Notes under the pieces: model-generated
Told to the model about the DNA's origin: nothing
Database searches by the model: none
The model's input: only the letters and a program-made list of their open reading frames with translations
NCBI GenBank assembly: GCA_034408725.1
Contig: JAWXCN010000189.1
Coordinates: 1-15,089 of the forward strand
DNA: 15,089 nucleotides
Source: Candidatus Hydrogenedentota bacterium
GTDB lineage: Bacteria; Hydrogenedentota; Hydrogenedentia; Hydrogenedentales; SLHB01
Reading direction: 5' to 3'
Position numbers and translations under genes: made by a program
Part shown: in pieces, positions 1-7,492 of the stretch
How the letters are laid out: the number at the start of each line of letters is the position of its first letter
Numbering within the stretch: the first letter of the stretch is position 1

Positions 1-183
1 GGCCTATTGGGATATATGGGGAGGACAACCCACGCCAAGGGTTTTGGCGCAATGCTCAAACATTACAAAGAAGTCTACGACGTGCCGACAGCGTGGAACT
101 ACGTCATTGGCGCGACGCTCGCGTCGACCGTGATCGCGTTTGTGCTTCTTTTGTTTACCTGGAAGATAAAGCCGCGCGCGTAA
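1..183 (+). CDS. 3' end of a membrane protein, probably an MFS transporter (GlpT/PgtP/UhpC-like); partial, starts upstream of the window
   Basis: Frame 1 is open from base 1 to TAA at 181-183: GLLGYMGRTTHAKGFGAMLKHYKEVYDVPTAWNYVIGATLASTVIAFVLLLFTWKIKPRA*. The GLxGYxG motif followed by a final hydrophobic helix resembles the last TM segments of OPA-family MFS transporters. Not in the ORF track. Confidence 0.55.
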   Translation, partial: GLLGYMGRTTHAKGFGAMLKHYKEVYDVPTAWNYVIGATLASTVIAFVLLLFTWKIKPRA

Positions 184-223
184 TTTATGTGGACTGCGGT
201 AGCAGTCCATAAGGGGTCAAAAA

Positions 224-2611
224 ATGAGAAGTATTCTGATCGTTGCGTGCACGCTGATTTGTGCGCAGGTTGTCCGGGCTGACCCCATTGATCTCTCTTC
301 CGCTGTAATCGTTGTGTCGCGGGACGCGAGCACGCCGGAGAAGAAGGCCGCGGACATGTTGGCTGACGAAATCGAAGCGCGTTCGTACTTGCGCGTGCCG
401 GTCCAGCACGATTGGCCCACGGTGTCCGGTCCCGTCATCGTTCTTGGCACGGTCAACAGCATGAAGTCTGTTGCCGGGCCTCTTGGCGTTACCGCAACAT
501 CCACGGCGCCGGACAAGCCCGAAGGTTTTGTCCTTCGCACGACGTCGGCCGGCGCATCGCCCGTGGTGATTGTGTTGGGTCACGACGCACGCGGCGCGTT
601 GTTTGGCGCTGGCCGCCTGTTGCGCGAACTACACATGACGCGCGGAGCGGTGACGCTTGATGAATTGTCGATTGCTTCGTCGCCAAAGGTCGCGCGGCGC
701 GGACACCAGCTTGGATATCGCCCGAAGGTGAACACCTATGACGCCTGGACCGAGGCGATGTTCGAGCAGTATTACCGTGACCTAATCGTGTTCGGCACGA
801 ACGCTGTCGAACTGATTCCGCCGCGGAGCGATGATGCGCCTTCGAGTCCGCACTTCACGCTGTCGCAGATCGACATGATGGCGCGCATGTCCCAGCTTGC
901 GAAAGACTACGCGATGGAGTTGTGGATTTGGTATCCGGCCATGGACAAGGACTATGGCGACAAAGCCGTCGTGGACAAGGCGATTGCCGAGTGGGCCGCG
1001 GTATTTGAAAAGTTGCCGCACATCGACGTTGTGTTCGTGCCCGGCGGCGATCCGGGGCATACGCAGCCGAAACACCTGATGACGCTGCTTGAACAACAAA
1101 CCCAGAGTCTGCACAAGACGCATCCGAACGCGCAAATGTGGATGTCTCCGCAGGGATTCAATCTGGAGTGGACGGAAGAGTTTCTCGACATCATGAAAAC
1201 TCAGCAGCCGGCGTGGTTGTCGGGAATTGTGTTTGCGCCGCAGAACCGCTTGAGCCTTTCCGATCTGCGCGCGGCGATGCCGAAGCAGTATCCCATCCGG
1301 CACTATCCCGACATCACGCACACGTATTCGTGCCAGTATCCCGTGCAGGATTGGGACGTCGCGTTTAAACTTGCGCAGGACCGCGAAGTCGTCAATCCCC
1401 GGCCGACGGCGTATGCGGAAATCTTCCGTTGGAGCCTGCCGCATACCGACGGTGGATTCATTACATATTCCGAAGGTGTGAACGACGACGTGAACAAGAT
1501 TTTGTGGAGCGCGCTCGGCTGGGACCCGGAAGCGGATGTACACGGCATTCTGCGCGAGTACGCGCGCTACTTCATCGGGCCGGAGTATGAATACAGCTTC
1601 GCGGATGCGCTGCTCGCGCTCGAACGCAACTGGCAAGGGCCGCTCGCCGCGAACGCCGGGGTCGATGTGACACTTCAGCAAGTGCGCGTGATGGAACAGG
1701 CCTCAAGCCCGCAAACGCGGCTCAACTGGCGGTTCCAGCAGGTGCTGTATCGCGCGTATTTCGATGCCTACTTGCGCCAACGTCTGCTATATGAAATGGA
1801 ACTTGAGAACCGCGCGATGGACGTGTTGCGCAACGCGAAGGCAGTTGGCTCGTTGAGCGCAATGGATGAAGCGGAGTCGATCCTGAATCAGGCTGTATTG
1901 CAGCGGGTTGCGCCCGACCTTCGTGAACGCGCGAGCGGTCTAGCGGAAGCGTTGTACCAAAGTGTTCGCATGCAACTCAGCGTGGAAAAGTATTACGCCA
2001 TCGACATGGGTCGCGGCGCGACACTCGACTTGATTGATCGGCCCGTGAACAACCGGCTATGGCTTGCCCCACGATTCGCATCTGCCCGTGCCCTCGACAC
2101 CGAACAGGAACGGCTGGACGCGATCGACGCGCTTGTGAATTGGACCAACCCCGGGCCCGGCGGATTTTACGACGACCTCGGCAATCCGTTGCAGCAACCG
2201 CACCTTGTGCGTGAGGTGACGAAGGAGTTCGACCCCGAGAACCGCATCAATCCACTGCTCGGCCATTACCCGAGACCAATCGACCGCCGCATCTCATGGT
2301 ACGACGACGCGGAAACGCGGTTTGAAACGCCGCTGCACATGCGGTACGACAATCTTGATCCGAATGCGTCATACAAACTGCGCGTAGTCTATGCCGGCGA
2401 CAAGTGGGACACGCAGATGAAGTGCGTCGCGGACGATATCGAAGTGCATCCGCTCATCGACAAGCCGGAGCCGATTGCTCCGCTCGAATTTGATATCCCG
2501 AAAGAAGCCACCGCCGACAGCAACCTGATCCTCACCTGGACACAAACCCCCGGCCGCGGCAGTGCGGGCCGCGGCTGTCAGATTGCGGAAGTGTGGTTGA
2601 TGAAGAAGTGA
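224..2611 (+). CDS. Secreted 795-aa glycoside-hydrolase-like protein (GH20/GH67-type N-terminal domain, probable catalytic barrel, C-terminal beta-sandwich); substrate unknown
   Basis: Long ORF with RBS (taagggg, 210-216) and N-terminal signal peptide (MRSILIVACTLICAQVVRA). The segment 'PEGFVLR...VIVLGHDARGALFGAGRLLREL' matches the beta-hexosaminidase/alpha-glucuronidase N-terminal domain pattern; 'VFVPGGDPG' is a candidate catalytic loop. Confidence 0.6.
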   Translation: MRSILIVACTLICAQVVRADPIDLSSAVIVVSRDASTPEKKAADMLADEIEARSYLRVPVQHDWPTVSGPVIVLGTVNSMKSVAGPLGVTATSTAPDKPEGFVLRTTSAGASPVVIVLGHDARGALFGAGRLLRELHMTRGAVTLDELSIASSPKVARRGHQLGYRPKVNTYDAWTEAMFEQYYRDLIVFGTNAVELIPPRSDDAPSSPHFTLSQIDMMARMSQLAKDYAMELWIWYPAMDKDYGDKAVVDKAIAEWAAVFEKLPHIDVVFVPGGDPGHTQPKHLMTLLEQQTQSLHKTHPNAQMWMSPQGFNLEWTEEFLDIMKTQQPAWLSGIVFAPQNRLSLSDLRAAMPKQYPIRHYPDITHTYSCQYPVQDWDVAFKLAQDREVVNPRPTAYAEIFRWSLPHTDGGFITYSEGVNDDVNKILWSALGWDPEADVHGILREYARYFIGPEYEYSFADALLALERNWQGPLAANAGVDVTLQQVRVMEQASSPQTRLNWRFQQVLYRAYFDAYLRQRLLYEMELENRAMDVLRNAKAVGSLSAMDEAESILNQAVLQRVAPDLRERASGLAEALYQSVRMQLSVEKYYAIDMGRGATLDLIDRPVNNRLWLAPRFASARALDTEQERLDAIDALVNWTNPGPGGFYDDLGNPLQQPHLVREVTKEFDPENRINPLLGHYPRPIDRRISWYDDAETRFETPLHMRYDNLDPNASYKLRVVYAGDKWDTQMKCVADDIEVHPLIDKPEPIAPLEFDIPKEATADSNLILTWTQTPGRGSAGRGCQIAEVWLMKK

Positions 2612-2629
2612 TGAAAATCTACCGTAGTC

Positions 2630-2813
2630 CGCGCGAAGCGCCTTGGAGTGCGGTAGCGGTAACTACCGCTTTCGGGGGTCGTTGATAGGTTTTGTGATAT
2701 GCCATTGATTTGGGGGTTGGCGTCAGGCTTGTGGGTTTCGAGTGTTCCGCGGAGATCGATATGGATGAAGTGAAAGCGGCACTGACACGCCGCAGTCCAA
2801 GGCGCTTCGCGCG
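2630..2813. repeat. Inverted pair of REP-like palindromic elements (REPIN/BIME-like)
   Basis: cgcgcgaagcgccttggagtgcggtagcggtaactaccgctttc (2630-2673) and gaaagcggcactgacacgccgcagtccaaggcgcttcgcgcg (2772-2813) are near reverse complements, with the outer 18 bp perfect. Each has an internal hairpin (gcggtag/ctaccgc; gcggc/gccgc). Confidence 0.75.
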
Positions 2814-2835
2814 CGCTATTGATGTCCTGTGAATT

Positions 2836-2867
2836 AAAAAAGGGGCGACCCTTGCGGGCCGCCCCTT
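2836..2867 (-). terminator. Rho-independent terminator of the DEAD-box helicase gene
   Basis: Minus strand reads aaggggcggccc-GCAA-gggtcgcccc-tttttt: GC-rich stem, GNRA tetraloop and U-tract, about 20 nt after the stop codon. Confidence 0.85.
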
Positions 2868-2888
2868 CGATTTGATATCGCTATTGTT

Positions 2889-4283
2889 TTAGCGGCCGTT
2901 GCGGCGCGGGGGACGCGATCCGCTGCGGGCGCCTTCACGACTGCCGCCACGCGCATCGCGGGAAGCGGTTGCAGTTCCAGCGCCGCGCGAATTGTCGCGG
3001 CTTTCGCTGCGCGCGCCTTCGTATCCGCCGCTGCGTCCGTTGCTGGCGCTTCGCGCGTTGTCACGGCCGTAGCCGCGACCACCGCCGCCGCCGTTGCGTG
3101 GGGTGAACGTGCGCTTGCGCTGACTCCAGCGGTCGTCCTGCGGGCGGTCGGAATGTCCGCCGATGTGGATTGCGCCTTCCCAATCCTCGCGCGGGATGGC
3201 GTTACCCAACTCGCGTTCGATCGAGCGAAGCGCAGAACCCTCTTCGGGGCACACCAGCGTCAGCGCGATACCGCTCATATTTGCGCGGCCCGTGCGGCCA
3301 ATCCGGTGGATGTAGTCGTCCGTTGTGTTCGGCACGTCATAGTTCACGACATGGCTGATACCATGCACGTCAAGGCCGCGCGCGGCGACATCCGTTGCCA
3401 CAAGCACCTTGTAGCGCCCATCGCGGAAGCCGTCGATTGCCTGCTGACGCTGCCGCTGCGTGCGACCGCCGTGAATGGCCTGGGCTTTGAAGCCTTCGGA
3501 GTGCAAGGCCTTCGCGATGCGGTCCGTGCGATGCTTCGTGCGCAGAAATACGAGCGCGCAGGTGACGGCCGGCTCGCGCAGGATGGTGGCCAGGAGGCCC
3601 AACTTGCGGTCGCCGTGCACGGTATACACGCCCTGCTTCACGTCTTTCGCGGGCGACGACATCTGGCCGACCTGAATGCGGACGGCGTTGCGCTGCATGT
3701 TTTTCGTCAGGTCCGCGATCTCCTTCGGGAACGTCGCCGAGAACATCATCGTCTGCCGTTCCTTCGGAACAGCTTGAAGAATCCGCTCGATGCTGGGCAT
3801 GAAACCCATGTCCAGCATGCGGTCCGCTTCGTCCAGGACGAGCACTTCCAGATTGCGGAAGTTCACGTTTCCGCGCTGCATGTGGTCGATGAGGCGGCCC
3901 GGCGTGGCGACGATAATCGCCGTGCCGTTGCGCAGTGCGTGCGTCTGCCGCTCCATGCCCACGCCGCCGTATACGCACGCCGTGCGCATGTTGAGCGCGC
4001 GCGCATGCGTTTCCAGCACCGCGTTTACTTGCTGTGCGAGTTCGCGCGTAGGCGCAAGCACCAGCATGCGGGTACCCTTAACGTCTCGCTGTGCAAGACG
4101 CGTGAGCGCCGGCAAGCCGAATGCAAGGGTTTTGCCCGTGCCCGTTTGGGCGATGGCGACCACGTCGCAGCCCTCGAGCGCGACGGGGATGGCCTGCGCC
4201 TGTACGGGCGTCGGCGTAGTGATCTGCTGCCCCTTCAAAATCTTGAGGAAGCGCGGATCGATATTCAGTTCGTCAAAAGACAC
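2889..4283 (-). CDS. DEAD-box ATP-dependent RNA helicase (RhlE-like), ~464 aa, with basic RG-rich C-terminal tail
   Basis: All motifs present: Q motif PTPVQ, AQTGTGKT, PTRELA, TPGRL, DEAD, SAT, ARGLD, HRIGRTGR. Start moved from 4328 to GTG at 4283 because an SD (agggag) lies just upstream and the protein then begins MSFDELNI, a typical N-terminus. Confidence 0.95.
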   Translation of the reverse strand: MSFDELNIDPRFLKILKGQQITTPTPVQAQAIPVALEGCDVVAIAQTGTGKTLAFGLPALTRLAQRDVKGTRMLVLAPTRELAQQVNAVLETHARALNMRTACVYGGVGMERQTHALRNGTAIIVATPGRLIDHMQRGNVNFRNLEVLVLDEADRMLDMGFMPSIERILQAVPKERQTMMFSATFPKEIADLTKNMQRNAVRIQVGQMSSPAKDVKQGVYTVHGDRKLGLLATILREPAVTCALVFLRTKHRTDRIAKALHSEGFKAQAIHGGRTQRQRQQAIDGFRDGRYKVLVATDVAARGLDVHGISHVVNYDVPNTTDDYIHRIGRTGRANMSGIALTLVCPEEGSALRSIERELGNAIPREDWEGAIHIGGHSDRPQDDRWSQRKRTFTPRNGGGGGRGYGRDNARSASNGRSGGYEGARSESRDNSRGAGTATASRDARGGSREGARSGSRPPRRNGR

Positions 4284-4471
4284 AATTGTCTCCCTGTGGT
4301 GCCGGCGCGATTTCAAAAAAAGGCGCACGGATTCCCTGTGGCCTTTTCAGCACCGGCAAAATTGGGAAACAACGCGTAGGCGGGTATCCAAACTCTGATG
4401 AATGCGCTGTGTAGGAGAAAAGACTGTGATTAAACCTGCTAAAACAACTGTGCAGGCCTACACTGAAAAAG

Positions 4472-4501
4472 AGTTTACCATTCTTCCGGGGGTAAATGCA
4501 A
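4472..4501 (-). promoter_or_regulatory. Putative sigma70 promoter for the helicase gene
   Basis: Minus strand TTGCAT (4501-4496), 18-nt spacer ending TGG, then TAAACT (4477-4472): a -35 plus extended -10. Implies a 5' leader of about 180 nt. Confidence 0.55.
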
Positions 4502-4616
4502 ACCTTTGGGCCTGACGCGAAGCCGGAGCTTCGGAACGAGGGGCGGCGGTGGCGGCTTTCGTGACGTAAGGGCAAAGCGCGCGAGGACGCGCACCCTCCC
4601 ACATTACATTGCGTCG

Positions 4617-5015
4617 TTAAGTGGGCCGGGGGTTTTTCATGACCGTGATGTTTTTCCAGAGGCGCTCTTTTTCGCTTTCCGTCACGTAGGGTTGGCGGTA
4701 GAGGTGTTCGTAGATTGCAAGCGCTTCGGCGTCGCGGCCGAGTTCGGAGAAGTAGAACGCTTTGTACTCCAGCACGAGAAAGCGCATATAGGGCTGTTCG
4801 TAGGCGATGCCCGCGTCGTACCAGGCGATAGCGTCTTCGACCCGCTTCATTTTTCCGCAGACGTTTGCCGCGTTGTAACACATGAGCGCCTTGTCGATGT
4901 CCGAGATATCGCTGTGCGCCAGGTCATGAAACATCTGAAGCGCCGGCTCGAATTCGCCCTTTTCCACAAGGGCGGCGGCGGCGTGAGACGTTTCATAGTA
5001 AATTCGATATTCCAT
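4617..5015 (-). CDS. Small tetratricopeptide-repeat (TPR-like) protein, 132 aa
   Basis: Repeated helical motifs 'GEFEPALQMF', 'KRVEDAIAWYDAGI' and 'LGRDAEALAIYEHL' fit the TPR consensus. Confidence 0.75.
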   Translation of the reverse strand: MEYRIYYETSHAAAALVEKGEFEPALQMFHDLAHSDISDIDKALMCYNAANVCGKMKRVEDAIAWYDAGIAYEQPYMRFLVLEYKAFYFSELGRDAEALAIYEHLYRQPYVTESEKERLWKNITVMKNPRPT

Positions 5016-5064
5016 TTTATTAAACGGCCATTAGGTTTTGATCAGAGGTGACTATAATGTTTCT

Positions 5065-5304
5065 TCAAAGGGCATCATTGAACTCTTGGCGAGAAATTCC
5101 GGCGCGTTTCAATATCGCGTTCAAAGTGCCTGGTGTAATGCAATCACTTCCTTCCAGTAGCGTCACAATCGTCTTAGAACCGTCTGCGCTGTCTCTGTAA
5201 TAGCCGCGATGACTGCCTTTACCCGCCGGACTTCGCTTGAAACCAAGCCGTTTGAACGCCGCGATGAGTTGTGTGCTTCGGATGTCCCTCGGAAGCCTTG
5301 GCAT
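5065..5304 (-). CDS. hicA: Type II toxin-antitoxin HicA-family mRNA interferase
   Basis: 79 aa with MPRLP...LGF...KGSH...GTLNAILKRAGIS..EF, the HicA dsRBD-like signature with the catalytic His in GSH. The start overlaps the upstream stop (TGATG). Confidence 0.88.
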   Translation of the reverse strand: MPRLPRDIRSTQLIAAFKRLGFKRSPAGKGSHRGYYRDSADGSKTIVTLLEGSDCITPGTLNAILKRAGISRQEFNDAL

Positions 5305-5612
5305 CAGGCATGTACGAGGATGTTTTGCCTGGACACAAATTCCCCCACATCAGCCTTGACAGGCTTGGAAGATTTGATGGGTTGAGAGCGCAATCTAATG
5401 CCACGCTCCTTAAAAAAACGGGCACGCTCCCCATGATACTCAAGCGCATTCAAATCTACTTCTATGGCTTCCTTGATATTTTTTACGGCTTCATCGACGG
5501 TTTTTCCACAGGAAGCGGTGCCGAGTTCCTTGCAAATCGCGGTGAAACGCCCTTCTTCCGGAATGATGCGGTACGTGACGCAAATGTATTGCTTGCGGCT
5601 GGTGCTACGCAC
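5304..5612 (-). CDS. hicB: Type II toxin-antitoxin HicB-family antitoxin (short form, ~102 aa)
   Basis: 'EEGRFTAICKELGTASCGKTVDEAVKNIKEAIEVDL' is the HicB partial RNase H fold signature. Start placed at GTG 5612, 8 nt after a GGAGG SD; the track's TTG at 5627 overlaps that SD. Translationally coupled to hicA. Confidence 0.85.
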   Translation of the reverse strand: MRSTSRKQYICVTYRIIPEEGRFTAICKELGTASCGKTVDEAVKNIKEAIEVDLNALEYHGERARFFKERGIRLRSQPIKSSKPVKADVGEFVSRQNILVHA

Positions 5613-5650
5613 AAAAACATCCTCCAAATACAGAGTTATCGCACTTTTAA

Positions 5651-5656
5651 ATTATA
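5651..5656 (-). promoter_or_regulatory. Consensus -10 box upstream of hicB
   Basis: Plus-strand attata equals minus-strand TATAAT, about 40 nt upstream of the hicB start in an AT-rich tract. No convincing -35. Confidence 0.45.
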
Positions 5657-5689
5657 TCTGATCAGCACAGGAAAAGCCCAGAAAGGCCG

Positions 5690-7126
5690 CTAGTCTTTCG
5701 CGGCCGGATACACATCGGGCACGATGCTGACGCCGGTCGTAAACTTGAAGGGATACTTAATCCCGGGGTTGGGAAATTCGAGTTCGAGGAGGAATGCGGT
5801 CCAGCCCTTCTTCGGCGCGGGTATTGCGGCGCGGTACACGCCCGGCTCGCTCTCTTCCACCGGCGAACTGACGTACGGTTTCCCGACGATTTCCATGCGG
5901 AAATCGCGCGCATCGGGATTGGTGGCCTGCCACAGGAGGACGTTGGTGGGTTTTGTTTCGCAGCGCACTTCGAGAGCGCCGTCAGCCGCATGGCTCCAGG
6001 TGAATTTTGGGCGCGGCGTGTTTGTCATCACGGCATGATAGAAAGAGGCCATGTTAACGTAGGCCTCCAGGTTCAGGCCGTGGTCGGTATTGGGAACGTA
6101 ACGCAGATACTTTTCACCTTTGAGATCGTCGAAATAGAATTTCCACGAATCCGGCGGGAAGAACTGGTCGCCGGTGCTGTTCATGATGTACTTGGGCATC
6201 GTCAGGCGATCGATATAGCAGTAGGGATCGACCACTTCGCGCAGCGCGTGAAATTCCGGGGTGTCGATGCGCGTCATAATGTTCATTTCGGTGTAGTCGC
6301 CGACGGCGGGCGCCCAGAACCCATACGCCGCGAAATGGTTTTGAAGTGACTTGGTGACATTGAGTATGTCGATCACCGCGGGCGCAATGCCGATGACGCG
6401 TTTGTCGACGATCGCGGTGGTCCATGTGGTCCATCCGCGCTTTGATCCTCCGACGACAAAGAACCCCGTGATGCGTGGCTGCTCCTGTTGTGCGAGGTCC
6501 ATCGCGCGCACGACCGCCTTGGTCATGGGCAGGCGCGGAAGCCAGAGGGGGTCCTGGGTGACGAGGAATTTGTCCCAGGCAAACGCGATAAGGTCGTCTT
6601 CGCTGCGGCCCGATTCGGCATATTCAGCAACAGTGTCTCCGACAAAATGGAGGGGTTGGTTCGGAATCTGTTTTACATCGACAAGAATCGACTTGGTCAT
6701 CATCGCGACTTGCGCAAGCTGGCCATCGGGCTTTGGGGCTTCATCGCCCTCGTTGCTGCCGCCGTTAATGAACACCAGCGCCTGATCGTGCGCGATGTCG
6801 TTTGGCACGATGACTGTTACCCAATGCTCCCACTTCGGCTTGTCGACTTTCGTGGTGTCCAGCCATTCCTGAGAAACCATCTTGTACACTTTGGCGGTGT
6901 AGTTGCCGGTCTTGGTTTCAACAGCTGCGGCGGGATCATATGCAAACGCAGGATCAGGTTTCGCGACATAGTCGTCGAGGGCGGTGGTTGCAACTTTTTG
7001 CGAAGCCGGTGCCGTTGGAGCGGTCGTTGTCGTGGGCAATGGGGCCGGCAGACTGTTTTTGCAGGCAGTACACGCTGCCAGCACGACAAACGCGCAGCAC
7101 AATTTCGCTGAATAGGAGAGTTTCAT
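5690..7126 (-). CDS. PqaA-family (PhoPQ-activated pathogenicity-related) alpha/beta-hydrolase, probable lipoprotein
   Basis: 478 aa with family motifs ALDDYV, QIPNQP, EDDLIA, PMTKAVVRAMD, nucleophile elbow GGSKRGWTTW, GDQFF and PNTDH. N-terminal signal with lipobox-like LAAC, then a Pro/Thr/Ala linker. Confidence 0.85.
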   Translation of the reverse strand: MKLSYSAKLCCAFVVLAACTACKNSLPAPLPTTTTAPTAPASQKVATTALDDYVAKPDPAFAYDPAAAVETKTGNYTAKVYKMVSQEWLDTTKVDKPKWEHWVTVIVPNDIAHDQALVFINGGSNEGDEAPKPDGQLAQVAMMTKSILVDVKQIPNQPLHFVGDTVAEYAESGRSEDDLIAFAWDKFLVTQDPLWLPRLPMTKAVVRAMDLAQQEQPRITGFFVVGGSKRGWTTWTTAIVDKRVIGIAPAVIDILNVTKSLQNHFAAYGFWAPAVGDYTEMNIMTRIDTPEFHALREVVDPYCYIDRLTMPKYIMNSTGDQFFPPDSWKFYFDDLKGEKYLRYVPNTDHGLNLEAYVNMASFYHAVMTNTPRPKFTWSHAADGALEVRCETKPTNVLLWQATNPDARDFRMEIVGKPYVSSPVEESEPGVYRAAIPAPKKGWTAFLLELEFPNPGIKYPFKFTTGVSIVPDVYPAAKD

Positions 7127-7251
7127 GGCAATTTCCCCAGGATAAAGTGAAAACGCGAGACTATATCACGAAGCACACAGTTCACAGCATATCGACTTTT
7201 CGCAGGCGCTGTCGTTTATCCAATGTGTCGATTTTTTATCAGAATTTCTCC

Positions 7252-7280
7252 TTGACAAAAAAGTACGCATGGCCCACCGT
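7252..7280 (+). promoter_or_regulatory. Putative promoter upstream of the structured RNA and slipin gene
   Basis: Perfect TTGACA at 7252-7257; 17 nt later a weak -10 (CACCGT, 7275-7280). The predicted start would fall at the 5' edge of the structured region. Confidence 0.4.
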
Positions 7281-7283
7281 TTA

Positions 7284-7467
7284 TGTTGGGGAGCAGGCAA
7301 GCGACCTGCCGGCATCGCCGGCTTCGGTTGCGAATCGCCACTTCCCCTACAGCTATGAACTGAGTTGGAAGCCCGGATTGCCCGGGACCAGCGCAACGCG
7401 CACAGCGCCAACAGTCCAGCAGGTTTACACCTCCGCTGAAGGCCTGGGTCCCGGGCAACGCCTGGGC
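7284..7467 (+). ncRNA. Candidate structured non-coding RNA or leader (cloverleaf-like domain plus long-stem multibranch domain)
   Basis: Domain 1 is closed by tgt-t-ggggag (7284-7293) / cttcccc-t-aca (7341-7351) and holds three internal hairpins. Domain 2 is closed by a perfect 12-bp helix ttgcccgggacc (7378-7389) / ggtcccgggcaa (7447-7458), extended by gcccgg / ctgggc. Confidence 0.5.
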
Positions 7468-7492
7468 ACGCGTGGAAATCAAGGAAAGTGAC

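Noticed and set aside
782-1681. 299-aa minus-strand ORF, and similar ORFs nested in other genes
   Set aside because: Fully overlaps a better-supported CDS on the opposite strand; expected in high-GC DNA.
3153-4398. Long plus-strand ORFs (408 aa, 202 aa) opposite the helicase
   Set aside because: Antisense shadows of a conserved GC-rich gene with no recognisable motifs.
5016-5689. Integron cassette or IS element carrying hicBA
   Set aside because: No attC-like RYYYAAC...GTTRRRY structure, integrase or transposase was recognised.
7284-7351. Canonical tRNA gene
   Set aside because: No standard D-arm, 7-nt anticodon loop, exact GTTCRA motif or CCA end; kept only as a tRNA-like candidate.
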